DNA of 64,000 bases from Candidatus Poribacteria bacterium. Its GTDB lineage: Bacteria > Poribacteria > WGA-4E > PCPOR2b. The DNA lies in assembly GCA_965208675.1 (NCBI GenBank), contig OZ242351.1, positions 4,640,001-4,704,000 on the forward strand, in the 5' to 3' direction. Each line of letters opens with the position of its first letter. Position 1 is the first letter of the stretch. Positions 36,612-47,267 of this stretch are shown in pieces. Made by a program: the position numbers and the translations under genes. The notes beneath the pieces are model-generated. The model searched no databases, had not been told where the DNA came from, and was given only the letters and a program-made list of their open reading frames with translations.

Positions 36612-38342
36612 TTAAGAGGCTTTCTGTGCTTTTTGGATTTTTGCCCACGTGTCGCGCAACGATACTGTGCGATTGAAAACGAGTTTGCCGCTGGACGCGT
36701 CATCGTCCACGGAGAAATAACCCTGTCTGAGAAACTGGTAGCGGTTTCCCGGCGCCGCGCCCGCAAGGCTGGATTCGACGCGGCATGAACTCAATACCTT
36801 CAACGAATCCGGATTCAGATTGGCTTTGAAATCGGTTCCCTCCGCCGCATCGTCCGGGTCTGGTTTCACAAAAAGATGGTCGTACAGACGCACCTCGGCT
36901 GGGTGCGAATGGGGCGCCGACACCCAGTGCAACGTGCCTCTAACCTTTCGCCCGTCTTCGGACCAGCCGCCGCGAGTCTCGGGATCGTACGTGCAATGCA
37001 GTTCGACCACTTCGCCATGCTCGTCCTTGACCACCCGCGCGCACGTAATGTAATACGCATGTTTCAGCCGCACCTCGCGCCCCGGCGCTAAACGGAAGTA
37101 TTTCCTCGGCGGGTCTTCCATGAAATCGCCCCGTTCGATGTAGAGTTCGCGTGAAAAATGAATCTTTCGCGTTCCGGCGTTGGGGTCCTCCGGATTGTTG
37201 TCCGCATCTAACGCCTCCACTTTTCCCTCGGTATAGTTGTCGATAACCACTTTAAGCGGCGACAACACCGCCATCACACGCGGCGCGCGTTGGTTCAAGT
37301 CTTGGCGAACGCAATACTCAAGCAGCGCAATATCAACCAAATTATCGGCTTTGGCGATACCGATTCGATTACAGAAGTCTCGAATCGACTCCGGCGTGTA
37401 GCCGCGCCGGCGCAGTCCGGACAACGTCGGCATCCGCGGATCGTCCCACCCGTTGACATGCCCCTCTTCGACCAGTTGGATTAACTTTCGCTTGCCGAGC
37501 ACGGTGTAGCTGACATTGAGGCGGGCAAACTCAATCTGCTGCGGGTGATAGATGTCGAGCTGGTCGAGGAACCAGTCGTATAAGGGGCGGTTGTTTTCAA
37601 ATTCTAGTGAGCAGAGCGAATGCGTGATGCCTTCGATAGAATCCGAGATGCAATGCGTAAAGTCGTACATCGGATAGATGCACCACGTATCGCCCGTCTC
37701 GTGGTGGGACGCGTATAGAATGCGGTACATCACCGGATCGCGCATGACCAAATTCGGAGATGACATGTCAATTTTAGCACGAAGTGTGCGAGAGCCTTCC
37801 CCAAATTCGCCCGCACGCATACGGGCAAATAGGTCGAGGTTCTCTTCGACGGAACGGTTGCGGTTAGGGCTTTCCAACCCCGGCTCGGTCAAAGTGCCGC
37901 GGTACTTTCCGTATCGAATCTCCTCCGGACTCAGGTCGCAGACAAATGCCGCGCCTTTTTTGATTAGCTGAACGGCATATCCATAGAGTTGCTCAAAGTA
38001 GTCCGATGCATTATATTCCCGATCTTCCCAGTCGAAACCGAGCCATCGAATGTCATCTTTAATGGATTCCACAAATTCGACATCTTCTTTGGTGGGATTG
38101 GTGTCATCGAACCGCAGATTGTAAAGACCGCCGTAATCTTCGGCGATACCGAAGTTGATACAGATGGCTTTGGCGCTGCCCAGATGTATATAGCCGTTGG
38201 GTTCCGGCGGGAATCGTGTATGAACCCGTCCGCTGTACTTGTTTGTCCGCACGTCTTCATTTATAATCTGCCGAATGAAGTCGGTGGGTTGGGTAGTATC
38301 GGTCGAAATTGTGTTCACACGCTCCTCTGCAATTTTCTTCAT
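36612..38342 (-). CDS. glnS: Glutamine--tRNA ligase
   Basis: [61 protein letters not shown]. Confidence 0.97.
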   Translation of the reverse strand: MKKIAEERVNTISTDTTQPTDFIRQIINEDVRTNKYSGRVHTRFPPEPNGYIHLGSAKAICINFGIAEDYGGLYNLRFDDTNPTKEDVEFVESIKDDIRWLGFDWEDREYNASDYFEQLYGYAVQLIKKGAAFVCDLSPEEIRYGKYRGTLTEPGLESPNRNRSVEENLDLFARMRAGEFGEGSRTLRAKIDMSSPNLVMRDPVMYRILYASHHETGDTWCIYPMYDFTHCISDSIEGITHSLCSLEFENNRPLYDWFLDQLDIYHPQQIEFARLNVSYTVLGKRKLIQLVEEGHVNGWDDPRMPTLSGLRRRGYTPESIRDFCNRIGIAKADNLVDIALLEYCVRQDLNQRAPRVMAVLSPLKVVIDNYTEGKVEALDADNNPEDPNAGTRKIHFSRELYIERGDFMEDPPRKYFRLAPGREVRLKHAYYITCARVVKDEHGEVVELHCTYDPETRGGWSEDGRKVRGTLHWVSAPHSHPAEVRLYDHLFVKPDPDDAAEGTDFKANLNPDSLKVLSSCRVESSLAGAAPGNRYQFLRQGYFSVDDDASSGKLVFNRTVSLRDTWAKIQKAQKAS

Positions 38343-38383
38343 TTAATACCGTAATCCGCGGAACGTTTATTGTGCGGGATTTA

Positions 38384-38725
38384 CTATCGCCATCGCTCTT
38401 GGCTCAGTTGATTCTCTCACAGTGCGGCGCCGTACGGCTCTGCGGGCTGGCGAAAGTCAAGGTACAAGAACTAGGAAAAACCATGAAGACTATCGCCTTC
38501 GCTATTCGCTCAGTTGATCCTATTCAGTCGCTTGATCCCACGCTGGGGCTTTGGCTTTAGGCAACTGGTATTGGAAATATGAATTTTCAAGCGCGTTTTT
38601 AATTGTGTTAGGACTTAGGCAGTTCAGTTTGTAGTAGCGCAATTTATTGCGCGTCCGGCAGGTCGTTCACTTCCTTGACCTAACTATTTTTTAAGTAAAA
38701 ACGGGCAATGAATTGCCCTACTACG
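38384..38725. repeat. Intergenic repeat cluster: two GATC modules (minus strand) and a GTAGTAG(G/C)GCAAT REP pair
   Basis: 38384-38414, 38489-38537, 38631-38654, 38700-38725. Segment 38443-38495 closely matches 40329-40384. Confidence 0.7.
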
Positions 38726-38785
38726 AGCCTTTGGACGTTCAACTGCGTAACTCCTATTGTGTATTCAATTCGAGCAAGTGCCGAC

Positions 38786-39652
38786 TTAATTCGACTGAAG
38801 CAACTTTATGACTTTCTGCGCACTCGCTGATTTTCTGGTGTCCGAGGAGTCCTGCCCGTTCTGATCGAGGGCTTCCAACGATTCGGGGGTGCCAATCCTC
38901 CGCAGCGCGGCAGCCGTTGTAATGCGCACTTCGGCGCATTTGTGATGGAGGTGGGTTTTTAGTGACTCAACCAATTCCGGCTCGGAATTCGTATGCGCGG
39001 CTTTCGTGGCGTTGATGTGGATGCAGCGCCGATAGCCCTTGCTGCCTAACGCGGCGTGAAAGAGCTTGTGGTTCATGAAGATTACATCTCCCGGCGTGTT
39101 CACAATCGGATACCTGCCCGGCACGTCCTCCGGGCGCATGTTCAATGCTCGGATAGCGTTTAAAATCTGTCCGTCCCGGTCGCGCGCGAGCGCCTGGCGG
39201 TACGCGGCAAAATGGCTGCCCGGAATGACGTTAAGGCATCCGTCTTCACTTCCGAGATGATCCAGATAGATATGGGCTCTCATTGTGAAAAAGCCGTCCG
39301 GGGCGATGTTGTCGTGGTGCCAGGCGGTATCTCCCGTATGCAGGATGCCTTCGCTTGCGGGCAGGATGAAATCGTCACCGAGTAGATGCCTGAAGATGTC
39401 GACAAATCTCTGATCGGTCAATAGCGGATAGAACACGTCAGGATTGAGGTCGAAGAACGGGACAAACGGATCAATCAGGTAATTGACCTGCTGCCTCTTT
39501 TCACCGTGTTCGGGCGCCGGCGCACCATCACGCGCCGCTTTCATCGCCGCGTCGAAGGCGTCTGAAAGCACTTGGGTCTCGTGCGGTGAGAAAAACTCCT
39601 TGCAATGGATATAGCCGAACGTCTGAAACTGGTTGATAAGCGCTTGATTCAA
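38786..39652 (-). CDS. PhyH-family Fe(II)/2OG dioxygenase with C-terminal HEAT-like helices
   Basis: FQTFGY, WHHD, GCLNVIPGSH, PGDVIFMNHKLFH; tail EVRITTAAALRRIGTPE. Confidence 0.88.
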   Translation of the reverse strand: MNQALINQFQTFGYIHCKEFFSPHETQVLSDAFDAAMKAARDGAPAPEHGEKRQQVNYLIDPFVPFFDLNPDVFYPLLTDQRFVDIFRHLLGDDFILPASEGILHTGDTAWHHDNIAPDGFFTMRAHIYLDHLGSEDGCLNVIPGSHFAAYRQALARDRDGQILNAIRALNMRPEDVPGRYPIVNTPGDVIFMNHKLFHAALGSKGYRRCIHINATKAAHTNSEPELVESLKTHLHHKCAEVRITTAAALRRIGTPESLEALDQNGQDSSDTRKSASAQKVIKLLQSN

Positions 39653-39678
39653 GGATGGTTTCCTTAATTGTGAATTTC

Positions 39679-40074
39679 TTATTCGTATTTAATGAGTTGA
39701 ATTTTGAGCTTGTTCGGTGTAAACAGATGCGCCAACCGGCAACCGCTAGAGTGGATTTTTTTGAATTGGAAATTCCCTTCACCGACATCAGTTGGCTCGT
39801 CGCCGACTTGCAGCCCCTGCGACTTGAGTCTATCGAATTCCGCATCCACATCGTCCACTTCAAAAGTGATGTGATCCAGTTCTCCGGAATTGCCGTCGGG
39901 TTTTAAGATTAGCTCCAACCGGTGGCCGGTATGGACGTCCTCAACAAAAGCGACCTCTTGAATCTCTCCAACGCCCGGATGGCGAAGGACGAACTTCATC
40001 CCCAGGAACTCGCAGAAGGTTTCGATAGCCTTGTCCATATCGGTGACGATGATTGCGTGGTGATGCAGTTTCAT
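39679..40074 (-). CDS. VOC/glyoxalase family protein
   Basis: LHHHAIIVTDMDKAIETF...LG, LELI, LDHITFEVDDVDA. Confidence 0.88.
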   Translation of the reverse strand: MKLHHHAIIVTDMDKAIETFCEFLGMKFVLRHPGVGEIQEVAFVEDVHTGHRLELILKPDGNSGELDHITFEVDDVDAEFDRLKSQGLQVGDEPTDVGEGNFQFKKIHSSGCRLAHLFTPNKLKIQLIKYE

Positions 40075-40762
40075 ATATAATCACTCTCCCACGCTATTAT
40101 ATCACGGTTACGAAAAAGTTGACAGTTTAAACATGGGATATTTTAGCGCGGCGATGGTCCATTTTTTCTGTGATATGAAGATGGTAGAGAATTTTGGCGT
40201 TTAGGTGAAGTCAATATTCACGATAGGTAGGGTTGGGGGTGCTGGCGAAGCTTAGCCCACAACCTCCGCTAACCCCTCCTTAGTAAGGAGGGGGATTAAA
40301 ATTCATCGAACCGATTGAAGATGGGGCGAGCGGGTTCGCAAAACTCAAGGCACAAGAACTAGGAAGAACCATAAAATCTATCGCACTTCCTATTCGGTCA
40401 GTTGATCCTTCTTGGTGAGGAGGGGAATTTTTCTTCCCGCAGTTGAATCGAGATTTGAAGAATTTTGGTTGCTTTCGGTGTTTTGCACTCTTTATTTGTA
40501 TGCACGGTTTCATCTGAACGCACCATTTCTCAACATCCGTACTGAATTTTATTCATCCGCAACTCCGATGTTGGTGTGAAAAAGTTGGAGCGTAGAGAAG
40601 AAGTTGGACCGTCCCTGGATGAATTTGATTCGATATGACTTGAATCTGTATGTTAGGCAAGTTATTATAATTGCTTAACTTCTTGAACGAAATTTGAAGA
40701 TTGTACAAAGATTTAATGGGGAATCCACAGATTTGATGACTTTATGAGGAGGCTGCACTACT

Positions 40763-41599
40763 ATGAACACGCTGAAAACCGGTTTCCTGCTGACTGCTTT
40801 AACCGTGCTAGTGATGTTGATTGGGAGTATGTTTGGTGAGGGCGGAATGATTATTGCGCTCATGATCGCAGTTGTCATGAACATCGGTTCCTACTGGTTT
40901 AGCGATAGAATTGTCCTGAAGATGTACAAGGCGCAGGAGGTCGACTCCAACAGCGAACTGTACCGAATGGTAGAGGAACAGGCGCAGCGAGCTGGATTGC
41001 CGATGCCGCGCGTCTATGTGATTCCAACTGATTCGCCTAACGCCTTTGCGACAGGTAAAAATCCGAATAATTCGGCGGTGGCTGCAACGCAAGGAATTAT
41101 GCGGCTGTTGTCGCGAGAAGAGCTCGCCGGCGTCATTGGGCACGAACTTGCGCACATTAAACACCGCGACATCCTGATTTGCAGCATCGTTGCTACCATG
41201 GCCGGGGCGATTATGATGCTTGCTTCCATGGCGCAGTGGGCTGCGATATTCGGCGGCTTCAGGGGCGATGACGAGGAGGACGGCGGCGGCGGCATCTTTG
41301 GTTTTCTATTCATGATTATTGTGGCGCCGTTTGCCGCGATGATTATCCAACTCGCTATCTCCCGTTCTCGCGAATTTGCTGCCGATCGAGGCGGCGCGGA
41401 GATTTGCGGGAATCCGAATGCGCTCGCTCGCGCCCTTCGGAAACTTGAGCTAGGCGCCGAAATGTCGCCGATGGAAACTAACGCCGCCACTTCCCACCTA
41501 TTCATTGCGAATCCACTGCGCGGCGGGTTCGCGAAGCTCTTCAGCACGCATCCGCCAATGGAAGAACGCATCCGCCGCCTTGAGGCGATGCGGCGTTAA
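40763..41599 (+). CDS. htpX: Zinc metalloprotease HtpX
   Basis: [29 protein letters not shown]. Confidence 0.95.
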   Translation: MNTLKTGFLLTALTVLVMLIGSMFGEGGMIIALMIAVVMNIGSYWFSDRIVLKMYKAQEVDSNSELYRMVEEQAQRAGLPMPRVYVIPTDSPNAFATGKNPNNSAVAATQGIMRLLSREELAGVIGHELAHIKHRDILICSIVATMAGAIMMLASMAQWAAIFGGFRGDDEEDGGGGIFGFLFMIIVAPFAAMIIQLAISRSREFAADRGGAEICGNPNALARALRKLELGAEMSPMETNAATSHLFIANPLRGGFAKLFSTHPPMEERIRRLEAMRR

Positions 41600-41633
41600 T
41601 TGCGCTGCCGCGTGAAAAAGCGGAGGAGTTGGT

Positions 41634-44372
41634 ATGATTCTGAATTTACTCCGAATGAGTGAATTTCGCCGCATTCCGATTCGAGTTTTATTCGCCTTGA
41701 TTCTTGGAATCACGGCGATTGATGGAATTGGCGGTGTCCTACACGCTACAGAAGAGCACGCATCCCAACACCAACTCAAAAACCCGGACGGAACGTGGAA
41801 ATGGACGAACGCCTTAATCCACGAGACTAGCCCCTACCTGCTCTTGCACGTTCACAACCCGGTGGAATGGTATCCGTGGGGTCCGGAAGCGCTGGAGCGG
41901 GCGAAAGCGGAAAATAAGCCGATTTTTCTCTCGGTCGGCTACTCCACATGTTATTGGTGTCATGTTATGGAAAGGAAGGTCTTCTCAAATCCGGAAATTG
42001 CCGAACTAATGAATCGGTGGTTTATCAACATCAAGGTCGATCGAGAGGAACGTCCGGACATTGACGAAATCTACATGACAGCCACCCAGATTATGACGCA
42101 GCACGGCGGTTGGCCGAACTCTGTCTTTTTGACGCCGGATTTGCTGCCGTTTTTTGCGGGCACCTACTTTCCGCCGGAGGACAGCGTCGGACGCCCCGGT
42201 TTTCCACGCATTTTACGAGGTGTTCATGACGCGTGGGTGAATCAACGGGAATTAGTCCTTGACCGGGCGAAGCAGATTACCGCAGTCATCAGACAAGCAA
42301 CGAGCGAGGGCATTGTCGATACCGGTGAAACGCCGGTAGATCGGCAGTTGATAGAATCTGGCGTAGATTATCTCACTGGAATGTACAGCGCGGACTACGG
42401 CGGCTTCGGCGATGCGCCGAAATTTCCTAGCCCAACCAATCTTGAATTTTTGCTGGGTGAATATCAGCGCCGGACTGAGACGCCGATTCAGATTGATTCG
42501 CAATTCGCGGGGGATTTGGATGAGGGGCGATTTTCGACTTCCTTACGTCACGCGCTTGAACATGCAGGCTTCTCACTTTCTGAAGATGTCCTCGTTTCGG
42601 TTAAAGAGAACGGCGCCGAATGGGTAATCAGTGATGTGGCGAACAAACAGACTTACCCTGTAAATGCGGATCGGGCGGGGTTAACAATTTTTCAGCCTGC
42701 TGAGGCGTTACTCAAGATGATTTCCCATACGCTCGACATGATGGCATACGGCGGGCTTTACGATCAGATAGGCGGCGGTTTCCACCGGTATTCCGTTGAT
42801 GCGAAATGGCTTGTGCCTCACTTCGAAAAGATGCTCTATGACAACGCACAACTGGCAAACGTTTACTTGCACGCATATCGTCTGACGAAGGCGCCGCTTT
42901 ACCGGTCAATCGCCGAAGAGATTTTCGAGTTCGTTTTCCGCGAGATGACATCACCCGAAGGCGGTTTTTATTCTGCGATTGATGCGGAGGTGGATGCGGA
43001 AGAAGGTAAATTCTACGTTTGGACGAAGGCGGAGATTAGAAAGATTTTAGGGAAGCGGAAGGCGAAGTTGTTCAATAGGGTTTACGGTGTAGACAAAGGG
43101 CCTAATTTTGAGGGTGAGACCAATATCCTGTATCTGCCTGCTCCGATAGCGAGCGTTTCAAAGGCTGAAGGGAAGTCTGAGGACAAAATTCTTAGGCAGC
43201 TTGAACCGCTCAAGACTAAGCTGTTGGCTGCACGAGAGAAACGGAAGCGTCCACTGCTCGACACGAAAGTGATAACGAGCTGGAACGGATTAATGATTGA
43301 TGCGCTCGCCTACGGTTATGAGGTTTTGGGAGATACGCGTTACCGCGACGCGGCGCAGAAGGCGGCGGAATTCATCCTGGAGCACTTGACGAGAACGGAT
43401 GGGCAGTTGATGCGGACCTACAAAGACGACATTGCCAAATATGACGGTTACCTCGATGATTACACCTTCGTCACTCGGGGGTTGCTCGGGTTGTACCGGG
43501 CAACCGGCGAAGGTCGATGGCTAAAGGAGGCAAAGTCTCTAAATGACACCATGATTAGACTGTTCTGGGACAACGAAGGCGGCGGGTTTTACTTCACACT
43601 CGCCGTTCAGGAATATTTGGTGGTTCGCACCAAAAATCCTTATGATTCTGCACTTCCATCGGGAAATGCCGTAGCTATCAACAACTTACTCACTCTCACG
43701 CGCCTTACGGGTGAAACGGATTATCTCGACAAAGCCGAGAAAAGCCTTCGCAGCTTCGCTAGCGTGATGGCGCAATCGCCCGGCGGCTTTATGCACATGC
43801 TCCTGGGCGCCAACAACTTTCTCTCGACAGATTGGACAGAGGCTGCGGTCGCGCAAGAAAAACAGCACCCTCAATTAGCGACCAAGTTGAAGGGAGAGCG
43901 TGGTATTAACGCCAATTCTCCGCTGGAAAGCCTAAGCGGAATCGGTTTGCCTGCGGGAGACGACGTTGTGAAAATCTCGGTACCAGAATTGTCGAAAAAG
44001 CAAATTTCCCAACGACGCCCGTTCGATATCGAAGTTCAACTAGAGATTGGCGACGGCTGGCACATTAACGCCAATCCAGCGTCTGACGATTTCCTCATTC
44101 CCACCACTGTATCGGTTAGTCCGGACGCGGCGTTTGAAGTCATCTCGGCGGTATATCCGAAAGGGAAGCCATTAACTTTTAGCTTCAACGACGAACCCGT
44201 GTCTGTTTATGAAGGCGTGCTGACGATTCAGATGCAACTGCAAATGAAACCCGGTGTTTCCCGCGAGGAGGCGTTTCCCGTGAATCTGAACCTTGAGTAT
44301 CAGGCGTGCGATGATCAGCGTTGCCTACCGCCTTCAACGGATACGATCCAGCTCGAGCTGGACAATCGTTAG
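41634..44372 (+). CDS. YyaL/SSP411-type thioredoxin-domain protein (DUF255 plus alpha/alpha barrel) fused to a DsbD N-terminal-like domain
   Basis: [50 protein letters not shown]; C-terminal GWHINAN...YP...YEG...[12 protein letters not shown]. Confidence 0.9.
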   Translation: MILNLLRMSEFRRIPIRVLFALILGITAIDGIGGVLHATEEHASQHQLKNPDGTWKWTNALIHETSPYLLLHVHNPVEWYPWGPEALERAKAENKPIFLSVGYSTCYWCHVMERKVFSNPEIAELMNRWFINIKVDREERPDIDEIYMTATQIMTQHGGWPNSVFLTPDLLPFFAGTYFPPEDSVGRPGFPRILRGVHDAWVNQRELVLDRAKQITAVIRQATSEGIVDTGETPVDRQLIESGVDYLTGMYSADYGGFGDAPKFPSPTNLEFLLGEYQRRTETPIQIDSQFAGDLDEGRFSTSLRHALEHAGFSLSEDVLVSVKENGAEWVISDVANKQTYPVNADRAGLTIFQPAEALLKMISHTLDMMAYGGLYDQIGGGFHRYSVDAKWLVPHFEKMLYDNAQLANVYLHAYRLTKAPLYRSIAEEIFEFVFREMTSPEGGFYSAIDAEVDAEEGKFYVWTKAEIRKILGKRKAKLFNRVYGVDKGPNFEGETNILYLPAPIASVSKAEGKSEDKILRQLEPLKTKLLAAREKRKRPLLDTKVITSWNGLMIDALAYGYEVLGDTRYRDAAQKAAEFILEHLTRTDGQLMRTYKDDIAKYDGYLDDYTFVTRGLLGLYRATGEGRWLKEAKSLNDTMIRLFWDNEGGGFYFTLAVQEYLVVRTKNPYDSALPSGNAVAINNLLTLTRLTGETDYLDKAEKSLRSFASVMAQSPGGFMHMLLGANNFLSTDWTEAAVAQEKQHPQLATKLKGERGINANSPLESLSGIGLPAGDDVVKISVPELSKKQISQRRPFDIEVQLEIGDGWHINANPASDDFLIPTTVSVSPDAAFEVISAVYPKGKPLTFSFNDEPVSVYEGVLTIQMQLQMKPGVSREEAFPVNLNLEYQACDDQRCLPPSTDTIQLELDNR

Positions 44373-44548
44373 CAGCTTAACCTGGCGCCTAGCTAGCCCC
44401 TATTCATGGGGCAAAACCTTGTGCTATATGGTGAAGTTTTCCGTAAAATACCCAAAGACGTTCCCGCCAATTTTCATGTAGTAAGCCGCTTTAACGATGA
44501 CATCCAACCTCAAGAAGATGCCAGAAGATGAGATGATAGGCGTGAACC

Positions 44549-45298
44549 ATGAGCGATCGAAATATCAAACTCACGATAGAATACGACGGTACGCACTATC
44601 ACGGCTGGCAGATTCAGCGGAATGCGGTGACGATTCAGGAAGTCGTCCAGAACGCGCTCACAAAAATTACACAGACCGAGACGCAGATTGTCGGCGCGGG
44701 CCGAACAGACACAGGCGTACACGCTTCGGGCCAAGTTGCAAATTTTCGCACGCACGCCCAGATGACCCCGGCTGCGCTCCAGAAAGCAGTTAACGCGCTG
44801 CTTCCGAGTGACATCGTAATCATTGCCGCGGAAGAGGTCTTTTCGGATTTTCACGCCCGTTTCAGCGCATCGAGCCGCACCTACCGATACACCATCCTCA
44901 ATCGTGTCTATCCCTCTGCTTTCTTACGCAATCGGGCACATTTTTTGCCTCGTCCAATGATTAACGTGGACGCAGCGAATGCGGTTTGCCGGGCGTTAAT
45001 CGGCAACCATGACTGTTCTTCATTCCAGCGGACAGGCGGGGGCCGCGCAAACCCGGTATGCGACATCTACGAATCCCGCTGCTGGAAGGAAGAAGACCTG
45101 GTGCACTTCGAGATTGAGGCAGATGCGTTTTTGCGCGGCATGGTTCGCGCGATTATCGGCACCATTCTGAAGTTACATGAGGCAGCGTCGCCGGTTGATC
45201 AGTTTCGCAAGATTCTTGAAGCGCACGACAGGTCGGCGGCAGGCCCCTCAGCACCGGCGCACGGCTTGTGCCTGACTCGAGTGAAATATGACCCGTGA
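44549..45298 (+). CDS. truA: tRNA pseudouridine(38-40) synthase
   Basis: YDGT.YHGWQ.Q, AGRTDTGVHASGQV, FHARF, FLRGMVR, APAHGL. Confidence 0.97.
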   Translation: MSDRNIKLTIEYDGTHYHGWQIQRNAVTIQEVVQNALTKITQTETQIVGAGRTDTGVHASGQVANFRTHAQMTPAALQKAVNALLPSDIVIIAAEEVFSDFHARFSASSRTYRYTILNRVYPSAFLRNRAHFLPRPMINVDAANAVCRALIGNHDCSSFQRTGGGRANPVCDIYESRCWKEEDLVHFEIEADAFLRGMVRAIIGTILKLHEAASPVDQFRKILEAHDRSAAGPSAPAHGLCLTRVKYDP

Positions 45299-45669
45299 AA
45301 GAGGTTCAAAGGTCTTGAAAACATAGCCGCTGGAACGAAAGTCTAAATATCACCTTCCTCCACAGACTCGCAGTCCAAGCCGTATTTGCCTACCGACCCG
45401 CCTTACGCCCAATCGACGCAGGATAGCATATGAGTTTTACCTGAACGCAACCTCCACCGCACGAAACTGCACCAAATTGTTCACAAGAAAGGCAATCTTG
45501 CACTGTTTGGGGCAGATACGGCGGGAGTTGACGAAGCGTCGAATTGGCAGATAAACGCTCACCGCTTGCATTTTCCAATTTTAGCGCTCTGGCATACAAA
45601 TTGCGTGTTTCCTGCCTGAAATTCACGCAGTTGGATGGAGATTTTCGGAAAGGAAGGCGAGCGCCCGTA

Positions 45670-46482
45670 ATGAAATTGCCCAGGATTTCGATTGGACCGC
45701 ACCGTGTCAGCAAGTTGATTATTGGCGGCAACCCGTACAGCGGAATTTCACACCATTCCCCAGCGAAATCGAAAGAGATGGAGAATTACTACACTGCCGC
45801 GCAGATCATGCGGGATTTGCGGGAGGCGGAGCGGTGCGGAATTAACACTGTGCTTGCCCGTGCTGACCGGCATATCATGCGGGTATTGAATGAGTACCGC
45901 GGTGCAGGCGGAAAGATCCAGTGGATTGCGCAGACGGCTAAGCGAAACGAATACGCGGATCTCATGGATCATATTCGCTTGATTGCGCGTTATCAACCGA
46001 TAGCTATCTATCAGCACGGCGGAACGACCGATCAGCTCTACGATGAAGGAAAGCTCGAATCTCTGCAGGACGCTTTGGCGCTGATTCGAGAACTGGGCTA
46101 CGCAGCGGGCATCGGAACTCATGACCCGCACATACTGAAGTATTGTTACCACGAAGGATTCGATGTCGATTTCTACGTCTGCGCGCTTTACAATCACTCA
46201 CGCCGTCCTGAAATGTACCTGCCCGCTGATCGAGATGCTGCAATTACGGCGATTCAGGCGGTACATCTACCGGTGATTGCCATCAAAGTGCTCGCCGCCG
46301 GGCGCACCGAACCTGTTTCTGCGTTCCGATTTACGCTCGACCGCATCAAGCCGATTGATGCCATAGCGGTTGGCATGGATACGAATGGGCGGCCGGAGCT
46401 CATCAGCGATAACGTTACATTGGTGGGTAAAATGATTAATCCTATCGATTCACCAAGGACAGATGAAAGGAGTACACCGTGA
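45670..46482 (+). CDS. Aldo/keto-reductase-like (TIM barrel) hypothetical protein
   Basis: VSKLIIGGNP, AGIGTH.P, PVIAIKVLAAGR; ATG 45670 follows GGAAGG. Confidence 0.7.
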   Translation: MKLPRISIGPHRVSKLIIGGNPYSGISHHSPAKSKEMENYYTAAQIMRDLREAERCGINTVLARADRHIMRVLNEYRGAGGKIQWIAQTAKRNEYADLMDHIRLIARYQPIAIYQHGGTTDQLYDEGKLESLQDALALIRELGYAAGIGTHDPHILKYCYHEGFDVDFYVCALYNHSRRPEMYLPADRDAAITAIQAVHLPVIAIKVLAAGRTEPVSAFRFTLDRIKPIDAIAVGMDTNGRPELISDNVTLVGKMINPIDSPRTDERSTP

Positions 46483-47099
46483 TACACTATTTACCACACA
46501 TTTTTTGCCTGTGGATGTGTTTGTTGTGGAGCGGCTGCGGCATTATCATGCCGCAATCTGACTACATCTGGAGTGAGAACTACGCGCTGGACAAAAACGG
46601 CGGACGCAGTTCTATCCCAAAAGTAAACGACGGGAATTTGGACACGTTTGGGCGGCTCGGCGTAAAAGCTGTAGGAACACTCAATAGGGCAAGGAGCAGA
46701 AACACGGCAACTCAATCACCCCTGGAGTTAAGAACGTTCGGCAGAAGCTACTCATTTGAGGAAGCCGAGGTTTTCCCGCAGGTCGATATTCAATTCCGAG
46801 AAAAGTTGCCGATTGACAAAATTATCATTCATGCGACGAATGTCAACACATTGGATGTCTATTGGCGGGATAATGAGTCCAAATGGCAGCTATTGGCGGG
46901 TTTTCGTCAAAACCCAAAAAGTCCCGTCGTTATCCGTGAACACGCCGTGACCAATGCCATACTTATCGATGTGAGACCTCGAAAGCCGGTTCCGTCAAGG
47001 CAGTCAATGTGGCGATCACTCGAATTTGCGCTGGAAGCTGAAGCGCACATAACAGAGGTTGAAGTTTACGGGAAGATTCCAAAGAAGGCGAGTTTATAG
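46479..47099 (+). CDS. Putative lipoprotein with discoidin-like beta-sandwich
   Basis: LLWSG-C lipobox; ENYAL, VNDGNLDT, ITEVEVYG. Confidence 0.65.
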   Translation: MIHYLPHIFCLWMCLLWSGCGIIMPQSDYIWSENYALDKNGGRSSIPKVNDGNLDTFGRLGVKAVGTLNRARSRNTATQSPLELRTFGRSYSFEEAEVFPQVDIQFREKLPIDKIIIHATNVNTLDVYWRDNESKWQLLAGFRQNPKSPVVIREHAVTNAILIDVRPRKPVPSRQSMWRSLEFALEAEAHITEVEVYGKIPKKASL

Positions 47100-47267
47100 A
47101 GGACGAGGTTTCTGTGAAGCGGCTTTACCTTTGTAGAAGCTTCAGCATACGCATTCATTCACCGTCATGACATGGATAGGTTACTCTTGAAAATCGTGTG
47201 GTAAGCCGACTTAAATCTGGTCTGTTCCATTAGACCGCACCCCGCACGGGGGAACCCAAATGGAAGT

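Noticed and set aside
36020-36788. ORFs 36020-36289 and 36273-36788 as genes
   Set aside because: They run through repeat-derived sequence or overlap the glnS 3' end, with no recognisable motif or RBS.
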